A stretch of DNA of 63,950 nt, filler included, from Thraustochytrium aureum (GCA_012862495.1; 5 parts of 5 records of this genome joined end to end with filler, not necessarily neighbours in it), one strand, 5' to 3'; counted from the first letter of the whole stretch, positions 45,630 to 57,786 are shown. The notes: generated by a model not told the origin, from the letters alone. Made by a program: numbers and translations.

Positions 45630-48000
45630 ATGGCGCTGGACGACGAGGACGGCGAGCTGCACATGATCCGCTCCCTCCTGCGGGCAGAGAGCACGAAAGA
45701 CTCGTCGCAGATTCGACAAGCACACGAGCGCATCCTGCGGCGAAGCCAAGCGTCCGAAGCCCCCGCGACGCCCAGCAAAGGGAGCGCGAGCGTGGCAAGC
45801 AGCGGGAGCAGGCCCATGGCGCGCCGCAAGGCAAAGTCGTCCACGCCCGTGGCAAGGCTCCTGCGCCACGACAAACAGCTCCACCCAGTCATCGTTTCGG
45901 AGGACACACCCGTGCGCCAGGTCGCGGCACTTTTGAGCACCAAACGGCAGAGCGCTGCCCTGGTGCTTCGCAAGACCGCATCAGGGAGGGAGATGCTCAG
46001 CGGGATCTGCTCCGAGGTGGACATTTGTCGCCGGCTCGTCGGCACAGGGCTGCGACCGGACGTTCCTGTGAGTGAGATCATGACCAAGGACCCCCTCTGC
46101 GTGAGCCCGGACGAAGATTTCAGCGTCGTGCTGCAAATCATGGTCAAGCACCGGTTTCGGCACCTTCCAGTGGTCCTGGAGGACTGGATGGAAGCTAGCA
46201 ATGGCGAAGCGGCAGCGGGGGAAGCAGGCGCCGCCACCACCGCTACCGCTGCTGGCTATGACGAGGGAGCGGCCGGCCGCTCCGCCAGCGCGACGGGCGA
46301 GGACTCGTCGTCGCTGCAGGCGAAAAACCCGGCGGGCATCTGCGGCCTTGTCGACATCACACAGTGCCTGTACGATGCGATCCATAAAATCGAACGCTTG
46401 CAGGCCAACCAGGCAGATTTCTTCCAAGCTGTCCAGCGCGCGCAGGCTTCGGCAACGGGCGAAAACAGCCTGGACGCCGCCGAGTCGTCTGCTCTCGCCC
46501 AGCGAACGCTGCAAGCGCTCATGGACTCAATCTCGCCGCCTGTGGGGACGATCGTACAGCGCAAGAGCTTGCTCAAGCTCGACGTTTCCGCCACTGTTGT
46601 TGAGGCTGCGCTCGCTATGAAGGAGGCGCGCATGACCGCTGTCCTGGTTTTCGAAGGACTCGGTGATCAGCGCCTGCCCTTTTCACACAAGGCGCTCCAA
46701 CTGGAGGCGCATCAACGTTTTGTGGGAATTTTGACCTGCAAGGACGTCATGTCGCGCGTCGTGGCAAAGGGCCTTGACCCAGCCAACGCCAAGGTCGGGG
46801 ACTGGATGACGCCAAACCCGGACACGGTGCGCCGTGACAGCTCGGTGCTCGACGCGCTGCACATCATGCAGACCGAACGGTACCTGCACCTGCCCGTCGT
46901 GGATGGCGAGGCAGAGGAAGATGGCGAGGCAGACGGAGCAAGCGGGTCCGTCGCGCAGGATGCGCGTGCGCCGCCGGCAACGGCCGAGGGCGGGCGCGCC
47001 GCAGCTGAAACGGGGTCGGCAGGTCCCGGGCAGCCGCGGGCCGTCAGTGTGTGTGGGATATTGAGTGTGCTGGACTGTGCAGTCCACACGTTTGCGAGCT
47101 CGTCGGGCACTGCTGCTCAAGTCCTCGGCGCAGGCTCGGGGCACGCATTCCACACGCCTGCACCGCGTTCCAAACCGCCCTTGTACCACCCCTACTCCTG
47201 TGCACGGGCATGCAAGCGCTTGGGCGTCGGGTAGGTCGGGGTCTATGCACTCTGCCAACACGCCTGCCGCGACGTACTCGCACCAGCAGTGGCGCGATCC
47301 GGACTCGATCAGCGCGTTCAGTGAGGTCCGGAGCGCTAGAAAGAGTGCCGGCTTTGACGACTCGGATGACCGCGAAAACGTCTCGCTCGTTGGGGAAGCG
47401 ATTGGCGGCGAGGCCTCGCCAGTGCCGTCGCTGCTCGACGACTCGGGGCAACCTGCTGTTGGGCCGCCAGTCGTCAAGGTATGTTCAGGAGCCGTGGATT
47501 CGGAAGGCGCGGGCGCGAGCGGGGCGAGGGCCTCGGATCTTGGGTCGGCTCGTGCAGAGATGGGCGCGCTGGTACTCAAGGTGAAGGATCGCCGGGACGG
47601 AAAAGTCTATCGGCTCTCGGACGCATCGGTGCAGACCCTCGGCGATCTCGTCGCGCAGCTTGAACGCGCGACGGGGCGCGACCGAGCCGACATGCACCTC
47701 GTGTACTTGGACGAAGACAAGGACCAGGTCCAGCTCGCCAACGACGTCGCCTTTCGAGAGGCGCGCAGCCTGGCGTCGCAACAGCGCTGGAAGAAGCTCG
47801 ACTTGCTCCTCTTGCCCGGTTCGAGTAGAGCGACTGGCCTCGCAAGTCGCAAGTTCGCGCCGCGTGGTTTGGATGACCCTGTTCTTGTTGGCGCAATTGT
47901 TGTAGGTGGCCTCGCAATTTTGACTGCGCTAGGTCTCGTTTTGTTCTCGGGGCCCTCGCAGGCGCACCATTCGGGATACTCGAGGGCGCGCTACCGCTGA
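45630..48000 (+). CDS. CBS-CBS-PB1 protein with C-terminal TM anchor; 1-nt frameshift near 47196
   Basis: Two CBS pairs (VSEIMTKDP..FRHLPVV; VGDWMTPNP..YLHLPVV), PB1 domain (LKVKD..HLVYLDEDKDQVQLAND) and tail anchor VLVGAIVVGGLAILTALGLVLF. Confidence 0.9.
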
Positions 48001-48157
48001 TGATGAGCCTGAGCTCGCTTGAACATAGTTCGATGGAATGGATTTGCTCAATCCTTGAAGCTTCTTCAAAGCCCAAAGCGTGAAAGGCGCTCGCAAGGGC
48101 GGAAGGGCGCTTGACGTTGCTCTTCGACTTGCTGTTGCAGGCCACGGGGTTGACGGG

Positions 48158-48257
48158 NNNNNNNNNNNNNNNNNNNNNNNNNNNNNNNNNNNNNNNNNNN
48201 NTTAATTAATTAANNNNNNNNNNNNNNNNNNNNNNNNNNNNNNNNNNNNNNNNNNNN
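48158..48257. other. Artificial scaffold linker
   Basis: N44-TTAATTAATTAA-N44. Confidence 0.97.
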
Positions 48258-48572
48258 CTCTGCAGGGTCGGCCGCCGCGCGTTGCTCGCTCTCGAGCTTC
48301 CTCGCTCTGCCGCCGGTGGGCGTCCTGGCTGCGGCGGCGCCTCCTGCGTCGCGCGACTGCTGCTGCTGCTGCTGCTGCTGTCTCGTTGTAGGTATGCAGG
48401 TGTATTTGTTTTGATTTTTGAATTGTGTCGCTTCCATGAACAACGGGAAATATGGCCCTCTATAGATGCGGAAGACGGTAGGTACTTTGCGTTGGATTTC
48501 AAACAACTGCGGGGTTGGGTCGCGCGACCTGCTTTTGTCGTGTTTCGCAAAACCGTGATGGAGGGGATCGCA

Positions 48573-48690
48573 CGGCCTGTGGCAGTGCAGCAGCGGCCTG
48601 TGGCAGTGCAGCAGCTTTAGCAACCCAAACCAGCGACATCACAAAACCAGCTTCAGCAACCCAAACCAGCTTCAGCAACCCAAACCAGCG
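48573..48690. repeat. Short tandem duplications (CGGCCTGTGGCAGTGCAGCAG x2; AGCAACCCAAACCAGC x3)
   Basis: Directly visible. Confidence 0.8.
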
Positions 48691-48921
48691 ACTGCAACAA
48701 CCACAAGAACAGCAACCGCGCCAAAACCACAAGAACAGCTCTTTTTGGTTGATTGAATTGTTTGATGTGGTCTCCTTGGCGAAGGCGAACTTCAATAAGG
48801 GAACCGCTGCGGCGCGGACAAGTCAGGGAACATGAGGAGAGGCAAGGGAGCAGTGGCGGCGGCATTCGAAGCAAGCGCAGTTGAAGCACGACATCCCGGA
48901 GCCTGCGCATTCTACGCAAAG

Positions 48922-50307
48922 CTAGTTGACACCCTTCTGTGAGGCCTCAAGAAGGGCGTCGCGGCGCTGGTCATAGGCTCGCTTGAGCTCCTGGATGTCC
49001 TGCTGGAACTGCGCGTCGAGGTTCTGCAGCTTGTGCGTCAACTCTTGCATCTCCGTCGAATTGGCGGGGATAATCCACTCGTCGTCCTTGTCCACAGGAG
49101 CCTCCTTGGCAAATGTGTTCTTGGACTGAAAATAGCGCATAAAGGCCGGGGTCGCCCCTGTCCCAGCCGGGCCCTTAAACTTGGTCGTTCCTTGCGTCGG
49201 CGTGAAAATGGAGGTTTTGTTCCCACTGTTGTTGTGAACCATTGTGCTGCTGCCAGTCTGCAGCGTGCTCCCCTTGATCATGGTGTTGCCGGTCGTGCCC
49301 TGCGCCAGGAAGGCAGTGTTGCCATGCGTTGCGGAGCTCGAGCTGGTGCGCTCCGTGGGGACGGTCCGGCCCTCGGCCTCGGCCTTGCGAGCCTCGTCGA
49401 TCTCCTCCAAGTTGCGGTGGACCAGCGCTTGCAAGATCGGAGACACGCCGCGGCGAGACGAACGGTCCAGTCTTTCCACGGCCGCCTTGACCCAGGGGTC
49501 GCTCACGGGCTCTGCAGCCGTCGGGCGCTGGTCAGGGTTTTTCTGCAGGCACTTTGCGAGGAACGCGTTCATCTCGGGCGACCAGTCGTCGGGAAGCTGC
49601 AGCTTGGGCGGCGGCCTGCTCGGGATCATGAAGATGGCGCGCATCGGGTGGATGTTCGAGTAAGGGGGCTCTGTCTCGGCCATTTCGATGATAGTGATAC
49701 CGAGGGACCACACGTCGGCCTTGCCGTCGTACGAGCTTTCGCTGATGACTTCAGGGGCCATCCAAAACGGCGTCCCGATGACCGTCCGGCGCTTGGTCTG
49801 GTCCGAGCTCAGTTGCGCCGAGACGCCAAAGTCGGCCAGCTTGGCATTGCCGTCCTTTGTGAGCAAAATGTTGCCGGCCTTCACGTCGCGATGAATCATC
49901 TTGTTGTCGTGCAAGTAGGTGAGGCCCAGCAGCACGGAGGCGACCACCTCGCGGATCTCCTCCTCTTCCAGGTTGGTGCGACAGATGTGGATCAGGTCGT
50001 TGACTGAGCCAGCCTCGCACAGCTCCATCACGATCCAAATGCGATTCTTCTCTTCGTCGTGGTAGCTGCCGACGTACTGCACCACGAACTCGTCGCGTGT
50101 GTTTTTTAGAATTTCGATCTCCTTCTCGAGCTCGGACATCTCCTCGTCGATGGGGATGATCTTGATCGCTACGCTGTCCTCGCGCGATTCGTCCTTGAAC
50201 CGCGCCTTGAACACTTCGCCATAGCTCCCTTCACCAAGCGACTCCTCCAAGATGAACAAGTCGTTGGGGTCCCCAGACTTGATGCCTTTCACCGGCGTTT
50301 TGGCCAT
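48922..50307 (-). CDS. STE20 family MST1/2 (Hippo/KrsA)-like kinase with C-terminal SARAH-like helix
   Basis: GEGSYGEV, HRDVKAGN, DFGVS, KRRTVIGTPFWMAPEVI, DVWSLGIT, PPYSNIHPMRAIFMIP. Tail ELTHKLQNLDAQFQQDIQELKRAYDQRRDALLEA. Confidence 0.93.
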   Translation of the reverse strand: MAKTPVKGIKSGDPNDLFILEESLGEGSYGEVFKARFKDESREDSVAIKIIPIDEEMSELEKEIEILKNTRDEFVVQYVGSYHDEEKNRIWIVMELCEAGSVNDLIHICRTNLEEEEIREVVASVLLGLTYLHDNKMIHRDVKAGNILLTKDGNAKLADFGVSAQLSSDQTKRRTVIGTPFWMAPEVISESSYDGKADVWSLGITIIEMAETEPPYSNIHPMRAIFMIPSRPPPKLQLPDDWSPEMNAFLAKCLQKNPDQRPTAAEPVSDPWVKAAVERLDRSSRRGVSPILQALVHRNLEEIDEARKAEAEGRTVPTERTSSSSATHGNTAFLAQGTTGNTMIKGSTLQTGSSTMVHNNSGNKTSIFTPTQGTTKFKGPAGTGATPAFMRYFQSKNTFAKEAPVDKDDEWIIPANSTEMQELTHKLQNLDAQFQQDIQELKRAYDQRRDALLEASQKGVN

Positions 50308-50915
50308 CTTGCCTCAACCCAGCGCTCCTGCGCGCCGAGACCGCCGCGCCCCGCAGCGTCAATCAACGCGCGCCGTACCCCCACCCACCGTGTCCGCTCC
50401 GCCGCAGCTCCCCGNNNNNNNNNNNNNNNNNNNNNNNNNNNNNNNNNNNNNNNNNNNNNNNNNNNNNNNNNNNNNNNNNNNNNNNNNNNNNNNNNNNNNN
50501 NNNNNNNNNNNNNNNNNNNNNNNNNNNNNNNNNNNNNNNNNNNNNNNNNNNNNNNNNNNNNNNNNNNNNNNNNNNNNNNNNNNNNNNNNNNNNNNNNNNN
50601 NNNNNNNNNNNNNNNNNNNNNNNNNNNNNNNNNNNNNNNNNNNNNNNNNNNNNNNNNNNNNNNNNNNNNNNNNNNNNNNNNNNNNNNNNNNNNNNNNNNN
50701 NNNNNNNNNNNNNNNNNNNNNNNNNNNNNNNNNNNNNNNNNNNNNNNNNNNNNNNNNNNNNNNNNNNNNNNNNNNNNNNNNNNNNNNNNNNNNNNNNNNN
50801 NNNNNNNNNNNNNNNNNNNNNNNNNNNNCACGCAAGAAACCGAAAACCTGCGAGAATCAGCCGAATAGTTCACGAACAAGTAGAGGGGGGCGGATCAAGA
50901 GCCCCCGCCTGCGGT

Positions 50916-53427
50916 GTGAGGCGGGACACCGCGCGCCCTGACAACCTGCCCGTGCGCGATTTTGCAGGGAGGGGACAGCGCCCTCTGGCTCCGCAGCGCT
51001 GCCCTCTCAGCGAGTTGCAGAGGGCCGGCCGAGTACTGATCGTCCAGGCTCCGCTCGCCCTCAGCGAACTCCAGAGGGCGGCGAAGGCAGAGTACGCCGT
51101 GTACTTCCCGCCCTCTCTGCGCCGGTGTACGCAGCAAAGCAAGGCGCGCTCGAGGCGCTTGCGAAGTTGTGCAAAAGGAACAGTTCTCTCCTTCGCGAGC
51201 AAAGAGCTGATCGGTGTGCGCGCAACGGATCTATTGATCGATGTGGAGGGCGGCAGGGGCTCGGCGGACGAGCAAGTGCGATCGGCCCATGCGGCGCCGC
51301 CCGTCGAGAGCGCGCGCGCCTGTGGACCGTGTCGCCGCGACGGGAGAGCATCGGAATACGAACGGAACATTTTGAAGAAAACTAAGCTCTCCCGCGAGCT
51401 CGCCGCGGGAGAGTGGCCACAGGACGAGGGCTGGGCTGCCTGCCTGTCGGTGACGGCCTCGCCCGAGCTGGCGAGGCTCGGCAGCGCGATCGACTCTGCG
51501 GCTCGGCGCACGCGGTAGGTAAAGGGGGTTCGCGATGTGGCGCCTGGAGCGAGCGGTGCGGCTGGCGGGCGAAGAGCTTGACCGACACAGCGAAGAGCGC
51601 GCAAGGCTTGGCAAGGGCGAGCTGCGCGAGGATGGGGACGAGGCGATGCTGGAGACGCCTCGGACGAGGCAAGAACGCAACACATATTTCACGGCGACGG
51701 AAAGAGAGGGGAGGAGGCGAGGGAAGCGAGCCGAAGTATACGCCAGAATCGAAGGTGACGAATTGAAAGCGCGCACCCGGCTCGAGAAGGCAAAACTTGG
51801 AATCCAGAAGAAAGCCAAACTCCCCGCCTTGCACATGGAGGCACTGCGGCGACCTGGCCACGACTCAGATGAGCGGCTGGCTCTTTTGGAGCGCAACCCG
51901 AACGGCAAAGGGCCCTACGCGTTTCGGGTGCTTCACCTTGCAGTTGCACAAGGCGACGAGGCCCTCGTGCGGCAGCTGGTTCGGCACCCAGAGTGCCAAC
52001 TGGATGCTGAAGACTCGGCGGGGTACACTGCGTTACACCTCGCACTTGCAGACCCGAAACGGCACGGCATAGCCCAGATCCTCACGGACGCAGGTGCAGA
52101 GCTCACAGCGCGCAACAGGGAGGGGCTCAACCCGATCGAAGTTGCGCTGGCCCTTGGCCACTACAACGCCACAAGCAGGTTTCTTGCGCGGTTTAGCGTC
52201 TGGAGCCTGGCTCGCGCGTACGCCAGGCGGTTTTTCCTCGACTACTTTTCCGGGTCACCCGAGTTTCACCACTACAAAAGGCTGAACTACGAGCACGCCG
52301 TGTTGATGGCCTATGTGGTCGTCATGCGGCCAAATCTCCTCGTGCGCGAACTCCCCGCACGGATTGCGTTTCGTCGCGCAAGAGGCAAGCAGCAGCACAC
52401 CCTCAACAACACCGAGAGGTTCTTCCACGACACGACCGGGCGCCACGTTTTCGACCGCAACTACGACGGCCGCTTTGAGCTCCGCACAATCAAGCCGCGC
52501 AAGCTGCTGTTTGCATCCTTGGGCCGCGCCGTCCGCTCGCGCTTTGAGACGAAACCGAGCGACATGCCGCCAGGGGGCCGAGACGGCGACGAAGAAATCG
52601 CCACGGCCCCGGCGGCGGACGACGCCGTGGTAGAGAACGACACGTGCGCGCTACCTGGCCTCTTCCGCGAGTTTAGCGCCAAGCGCGTCCTAAAGTGGCG
52701 TGAAGATGCCCTCAAGTGGCGCTTTGACAAGGGCAGCCTGTTCGCGGCCCGGATCGCCGAGCGTGCCTTCGAGAGCCGCCTGACAGCCGCGCAGGTCACA
52801 GAAAAGCTCCGCGAGGGGAGGGAGCGGTTTAACGTGTGGCGTGGCGCCAACAAGGACTTGCTGCGGGAAGACGAATCCAGGAGGCTGCGCGAGGTGGCAG
52901 ATGCAGTCCGCTTGCGGCGCGTCCGCCAGGAGCGCGAGCGCCGTCGAGAGGAAAAGCTCGCTGCGGAGGAGGCGGCTCGGCTCGACCGAGCCAAGCGCGG
53001 GCTTGACCGCATCGACAAGGATGCGCGAATCGTCGCGAGCTCGGAAAAGCTGTTTTACAGCGTCGATGAGGGAGAGGCCATGGAGTACACCATCGAGCTG
53101 GGGACGAGGCCTAGAGCCCCGGTGCTCGTCAAGTTTTCGGTTGTTCCGATTGGCACGGCCGGGTCAGCACACGACGAGTCGCAATTCGTCATAGCGCCAA
53201 GCCTCGCCACATTCACGCCACAAAATTGGGATGAGCCGCGTGTTGTGGAGGTCAAGCCGGCCAACGACGACGCGATCGTGCGCCTCAAGCGCCGCGTGAC
53301 GCAAGGTGAGCGCGGAGTGTGCGACCATCGCGTCGTCCAGGCTGTGCAGTCCACCACCGATCTGAGCTACCGCAACCCCAACCTGCTTTGGACACCCGGC
53401 AAGGAGATTCGAATCGAGGTTCGGTAA
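50916..53427 (+). CDS. Ankyrin-repeat protein with coiled coil and C-terminal Calx-beta/Ig-like domain; 5' part frameshifted, possible extra exon 53593-53932
   Basis: Ankyrin motifs VLHLAVAQGDEALVRQLV, GYTALHLAL and GLNPIEVAL. C-terminal SVDEGEAMEYTIELGTRPRAPV..ATFTPQNWDEPRVVEV. The ORF is clean from 51535; the upstream part is uncertain. Confidence 0.72.
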
Positions 53428-53746
53428 GAGTGATGACGCGGAGGTAGGTGTTTGACATCATTCATGATCTCTGATGCGACCTCTGGCAAGCGAAAGAGTG
53501 TGATTCATTGCACACTGTCACGTGTCACGGTCACGGTAGGAAAACACGTTCGGCGGCCCGGCCTCCCTTTGGATTACCTACTTATTTTTCAGGACGTCCG
53601 ACACACAATTGGAGCTCGGCGCGGTCAACTTTCTCGTGCAAAACACGCTCCTTTGGCTGGACACTGTGTGGGTAGGATCGGCGCTCATTTACGCTGGGAA
53701 TGTTGCGTTCCACTTCTGGGGAAAGTGCTGCAGGACGGTGGATCCC

Positions 53747-53874
53747 ACGAACTCCATGGATCACCAAACGAACTCCCTGGATCACCAAACGAACACCATG
53801 GATCACGAAAAGAACTCCCTGGATCACCAAACGAACTCCATCGATCACCAAACAAACTCCATGGGTCACCAAAC
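53747..53874. repeat. 21-nt tandem repeat ACGAACTCCATGGATCACCAA x6 (encodes TNSMDHQ in one frame)
   Basis: Directly visible, with substitutions but no indels. Confidence 0.92.
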
Positions 53875-54782
53875 TGAAGCTGACGATGGCTCAGTGCACT
53901 CCGAACAGTCTGGTTCAACCCCGACACTGTAGAGTCGGCTGCCTCCTTCAATCTAACAGATCCCGCGTGCTGAAAAGCCGGCAGAGGGAAAGGGCCGCTA
54001 CCAATAGCACGTTCCGAAAAGTGGCAAAGAAATGGACGAATGATGGATGGCTTTCTGGTTTTGACGTCCGTGACAAACGTGTTGACGGCTACCTAGCCGC
54101 GGTCAGTTGCGCGCCAAGGACCAACCCTCTTGACCAATGATACGCAGCCCCCTGGGGTCCGTTGGTCGGAGAGCGACGTGCTCGCTACTCTGCTTGTTTT
54201 GACTTGATGATCAGGCACCGCTGCGCTGCGCTACGTGACGTGCCCTCTCGTCTGGGGAATGTGCATCGCCCTTGTAGAGTCTGCAGTGACGCGAAACGTC
54301 GCCATGCCAGCGCCCGCAATGCGCGGAGTTGGCGTGCAATGCAATTCGTGACGCGAGAAGGTGTGTTCTGAGGAGGTACGGTAACGTCCTCGAACCAAGA
54401 GAGTCAGTCACATGGCGTTCTCAAGGCGACAAGGTGACGAACAAACGGAAACGGTTTCGCGCATGGCGCAAGTTGTTGCGCACAAGGTGACAGGCGTGAC
54501 AAGGTGAAAAAAGCCCACCTCTGCTGACTCGTCGCCTCATTGCGGCGCTGCTCACGTGACAGCGACAACCCCCACTGCCCGGACTGTTGGACACTGCTGC
54601 TGCGCTTCATGAGATTGTTGTTAGCCCGTCTCCGTCTCCAGCGCGCCGCCGAGCTCCGGCTCGACAGATCCCGATCAATCGGCCAAACACATCGCAGACA
54701 GGTAGAACTCTACAACGCAGGGCGCGAAAGAACAGACCACAACCAACCCACGCGGCAGATCCCTGCTCTAGCTCAGCGCAAA

Positions 54783-55046
54783 ATGTCCTCTTTCGTTGAC
54801 GAGAAAGGGTGCCTTGGCGTAGGCGATAAAACGTCAATGTACTCGCACCACGCAACCTACTCTTGGGGCAGCGTCTACTCTGTGCTCTCTGCCTCATGCG
54901 TGAATTGCATCGTTGGGTTCCTCAGTGTCAACGCCATGTTTAGCTTTCTGAGCGTGAACTCCTTCGCGAGCATCATGTCTCTGAACAGCGCTTTCGCGAT
55001 CGGGTGCGTGGGCGAGAACTTTAAGATTTGCCTCGGCTCTTCGTAG
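54783..55046 (+). CDS. Small 87-aa Ser/hydrophobic repeat protein
   Basis: ATG in AAAATG context. Periodic S-x-x pattern (GSVYSVLSAS, FLSVNAMFSFLSVNSFASIMSLNSAFAIG) ending in CVGENFKIC. Confidence 0.65.
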   Translation: MSSFVDEKGCLGVGDKTSMYSHHATYSWGSVYSVLSASCVNCIVGFLSVNAMFSFLSVNSFASIMSLNSAFAIGCVGENFKICLGSS

Positions 55047-55289
55047 AGCCAGTGGCCGCTGTCTAATCAAGCAGGATTCTCTCTTCTGTTTTTCATGAAC
55101 AAAGACGACAAATTCGCGCGAGTTGGGCAGGCTCCGCGCACCTGCTTCGCTTCAATTCGAGTGCTAAAACAAAACCCGCCTCCCGTACGTATTCCTTCTT
55201 CGTTTTTTTCCCCAAAAGTGCTCGCTCTCTGCAGTGCCAGAGCAATAGAGCAGGCCGTCGCTTCTCGGACTCGGATGCGCTGCTTGTAA

Positions 55290-57763
55290 TTACGCAAAGA
55301 GATCAAAATCCTCGTCGCTCTGGCTCAAAAAGTCTAGCATCGCGTCGCAAAAGGCGTATCCCATGCCCTCAAAGTGGGAGTAGCTGAGGTGGTTGCCGCG
55401 AAGAGGCCCGATGTCCACGCCACCAAGCGACGCCTCGAGCGTGTAGCTGAGGATGCTGCCACGGAACTGGCGATGTACGCAAACACGACCCGCGGACTCT
55501 TTGTACTTTTGGATCTTAAAGTTGCAGTCCTCGAAGGAAAACACCTGGGATGCTTGGCCGAGTAGCCTCGGAAGGAGCCGGACGCGATGCGCCAGCCGAA
55601 GCGCCTCGGAAAGTCGGTCTTGGCGCTCCTTTGCGCTGGACCTCCGCTTGCTTTTGCGCCGTGCGCTTCCAGGGATGGCTCNNNNNNNNNNNNNNNNNNN
55701 NNNNNNNNNNNNNNNNNNNNNNNNNNNNNNNNNNNNNNNNNNNNNNNNNNNNNNNNNNNNNNNNNNGGCTTGCTCGAAGCGCGCCGCATTTTCGTCTTCG
55801 GCGCTGCATCTCCGCTTTCGATGGACGGCTTTGTGCGCCCAGAGCCCTTGAGCTCGCGTGTGCCCGCCGTCGCCTTTCCGATGCGGAGGCGCCGAATTCC
55901 CTGTCGCTTTTCAGAGCCGCTTTCGCCGGGTTCAGCGCAGCCACTCTTGGCTTCGTACGCACTTGCTCTCGTACAAAGTGCACCAGTTTCGGGCTCGATG
56001 AAACTGTCGTTGTTGTCTGCGGTACCGCAGCCCTGGTCGTCCTCTTCGGGTTGGTCTTCGTCCTCGAGATCTTCGTCGTCGTTTACATCTTCGCCCTCGT
56101 TTCCCGCGGCGCCTTCCTCGTCTTCCTCGTCGTCGTCGGGGTCATCGTCCTCCTCGTCGAGGTCCTCCTCCTCGTCGTCGTCGTCTTCGTCGTTGAGAAC
56201 ATCGTCCAGGTCGCCCACGTCGTCCTGCACGATACCCTCGCACGCTTGCCGCGTCACGCGGGCCGGTATGCCTCGTGCTGGTTCGCTCCAACAACCATCT
56301 GTCGAGTTGGGAAGGTGCTCGGTGCGCTCCTTGGACGAATCTTGCCAGGGAGAATCTGCGGGTTGGGCAACAGGCTCAATCCTGCACGCTGCAGGCCAGC
56401 GCTCATCCGAAGGTTTCCGCTTGCCGGCGACCTTGCCCAGGGAGCCGCGTGCGCTGTTTCGGATCGCTTGGCGGTGCCGGCGCTCCTCGCAACCGTAGAC
56501 GAAAATGTTGTGACGGCGCGAGTGACCGTGAAAGTCGCAAAAGAGGAGCACCTTCCTTTCCTCAGCAAACTGGGCCAACAGCGTCTTGAGATGCCAAATC
56601 GTGGGCAGCGTCTTGCGGTCCGGATCTGTGTACATTCGGTTGAGGTCTACTCCAGCAAGCGAGCAGCGCGAGTTGCCCGCAGCGACGCCATCTGGGTTGA
56701 GCATCGGCACGATCTTGAACACGAAGTTGTCGCGCAAAATTTTGGCGTCCAAGCTCGGCCCCGTCAGAAAATCCAGCACGCCCTGCATCATCCAGCTCGC
56801 GTTGGTCTCGCTCGGATGCACCCGCGCTGTCAGCACCACGCCGCGGCGGCTCGCCATGGGCGGCTGCCCTGCCGGCCCCGATGTGGTGCCGAAAGAGGTC
56901 ACTGTTATCAGGTCGCAGCGGTTCCCGGCCAGAGTGCGGCAGAGGACGCGCCGGCGCATGCGCATCCGGCGCACTGGGTCCGCTTCGAGCTGGCCCAGGA
57001 AGCGCTGCAGGTCAGAGTAGAGGTATGGGTAGCATGGACACAAATAGCACAGATCGCCGGGCGCCACCTCGTCCTCCTCCGTGATCTCCACGGCGAAGCG
57101 AAGCACAAAGCTCTGCGCGTCCGTGGCGTTCGAAGTGTACGTCACGTCACACCCAACGCGCCGCCAGCCCCGCCTGTCGCTGTACATGAGTGGACGACAG
57201 CCGCCGGGGTCCCCAAAAAGCGAGTCTCCTTTGGTAAACTCGAGGATGTTGAACGTGTACCGACGACCTGGCCTCAAGTTGCCCACAGAGAAATAAAACC
57301 ATTGCGCGTGGGGCTTGTCCGCACATGGGTCGCGCTCGAGGAAGAGCTCGTATTCATCCTGGCCAACAAGGACACTGCGCTGCAAATTGCCTCCTTCAAA
57401 GCGCGAGTCGAAATGGAGAACCGAAGAATCGCCAGCCTGGACCAAGGCGGGACTCGGCGGCTCGGAGGCAGGGCTGGCTCGATCGTACACCACATAAATA
57501 TCACTCTGAGCGGGCTCATAAGGGGCTGGCTTCGGCTTCGAGGGGTCGACCTTCAGCAGCGGTTCCAGTGCGGGATCGGTCGGGTAGGTGTGGGTCGGCG
57601 GAGGCCTGGCAAAGCGGTCCTCCGGGATACACCTTGCCGCCTCGGGCGGCCCGCCAGCTGCTGAGGATATCGTGAGCAAAGGGGAGGGGAGAGGGGCACG
57701 GCACTGGTTTGGGCAAGCGTGTTCGCCCTCCGGTGCCTCCTCGAGTCCGCCGCGCGAGCTCAC
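55290..57763 (-). CDS. Cytosolic carboxypeptidase (M14D; CCP/Nna1/AGBL tubulin deglutamylase); 5' end probably truncated by the scaffold end
   Basis: FDSRFEGGNL, QWFYF, YPYLYSDL, ARVHPSETNASW, PMLNPDGV..GNSRCSLAGVDLNR, DFHGHS and SYTLEAS. The frame change coincides with the N gap at 55682-55766. Confidence 0.93.
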
Positions 57764-57786
57764 CCTGTGTTCGGTTCGACTCTCTG

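Noticed and set aside
53747..53874. 21-nt repeat (and the 19-nt repeat at 9913) as a CRISPR or telomeric array
   Set aside because: Head-to-tail units without spacers at an internal position; these are ordinary minisatellites.
55334..55680. Apparent frameshift or aberrant C-terminus of the CCP gene
   Set aside because: The frame change is caused by the estimated length of the N gap. The correct frame is open from the gap to the stop at 55290.
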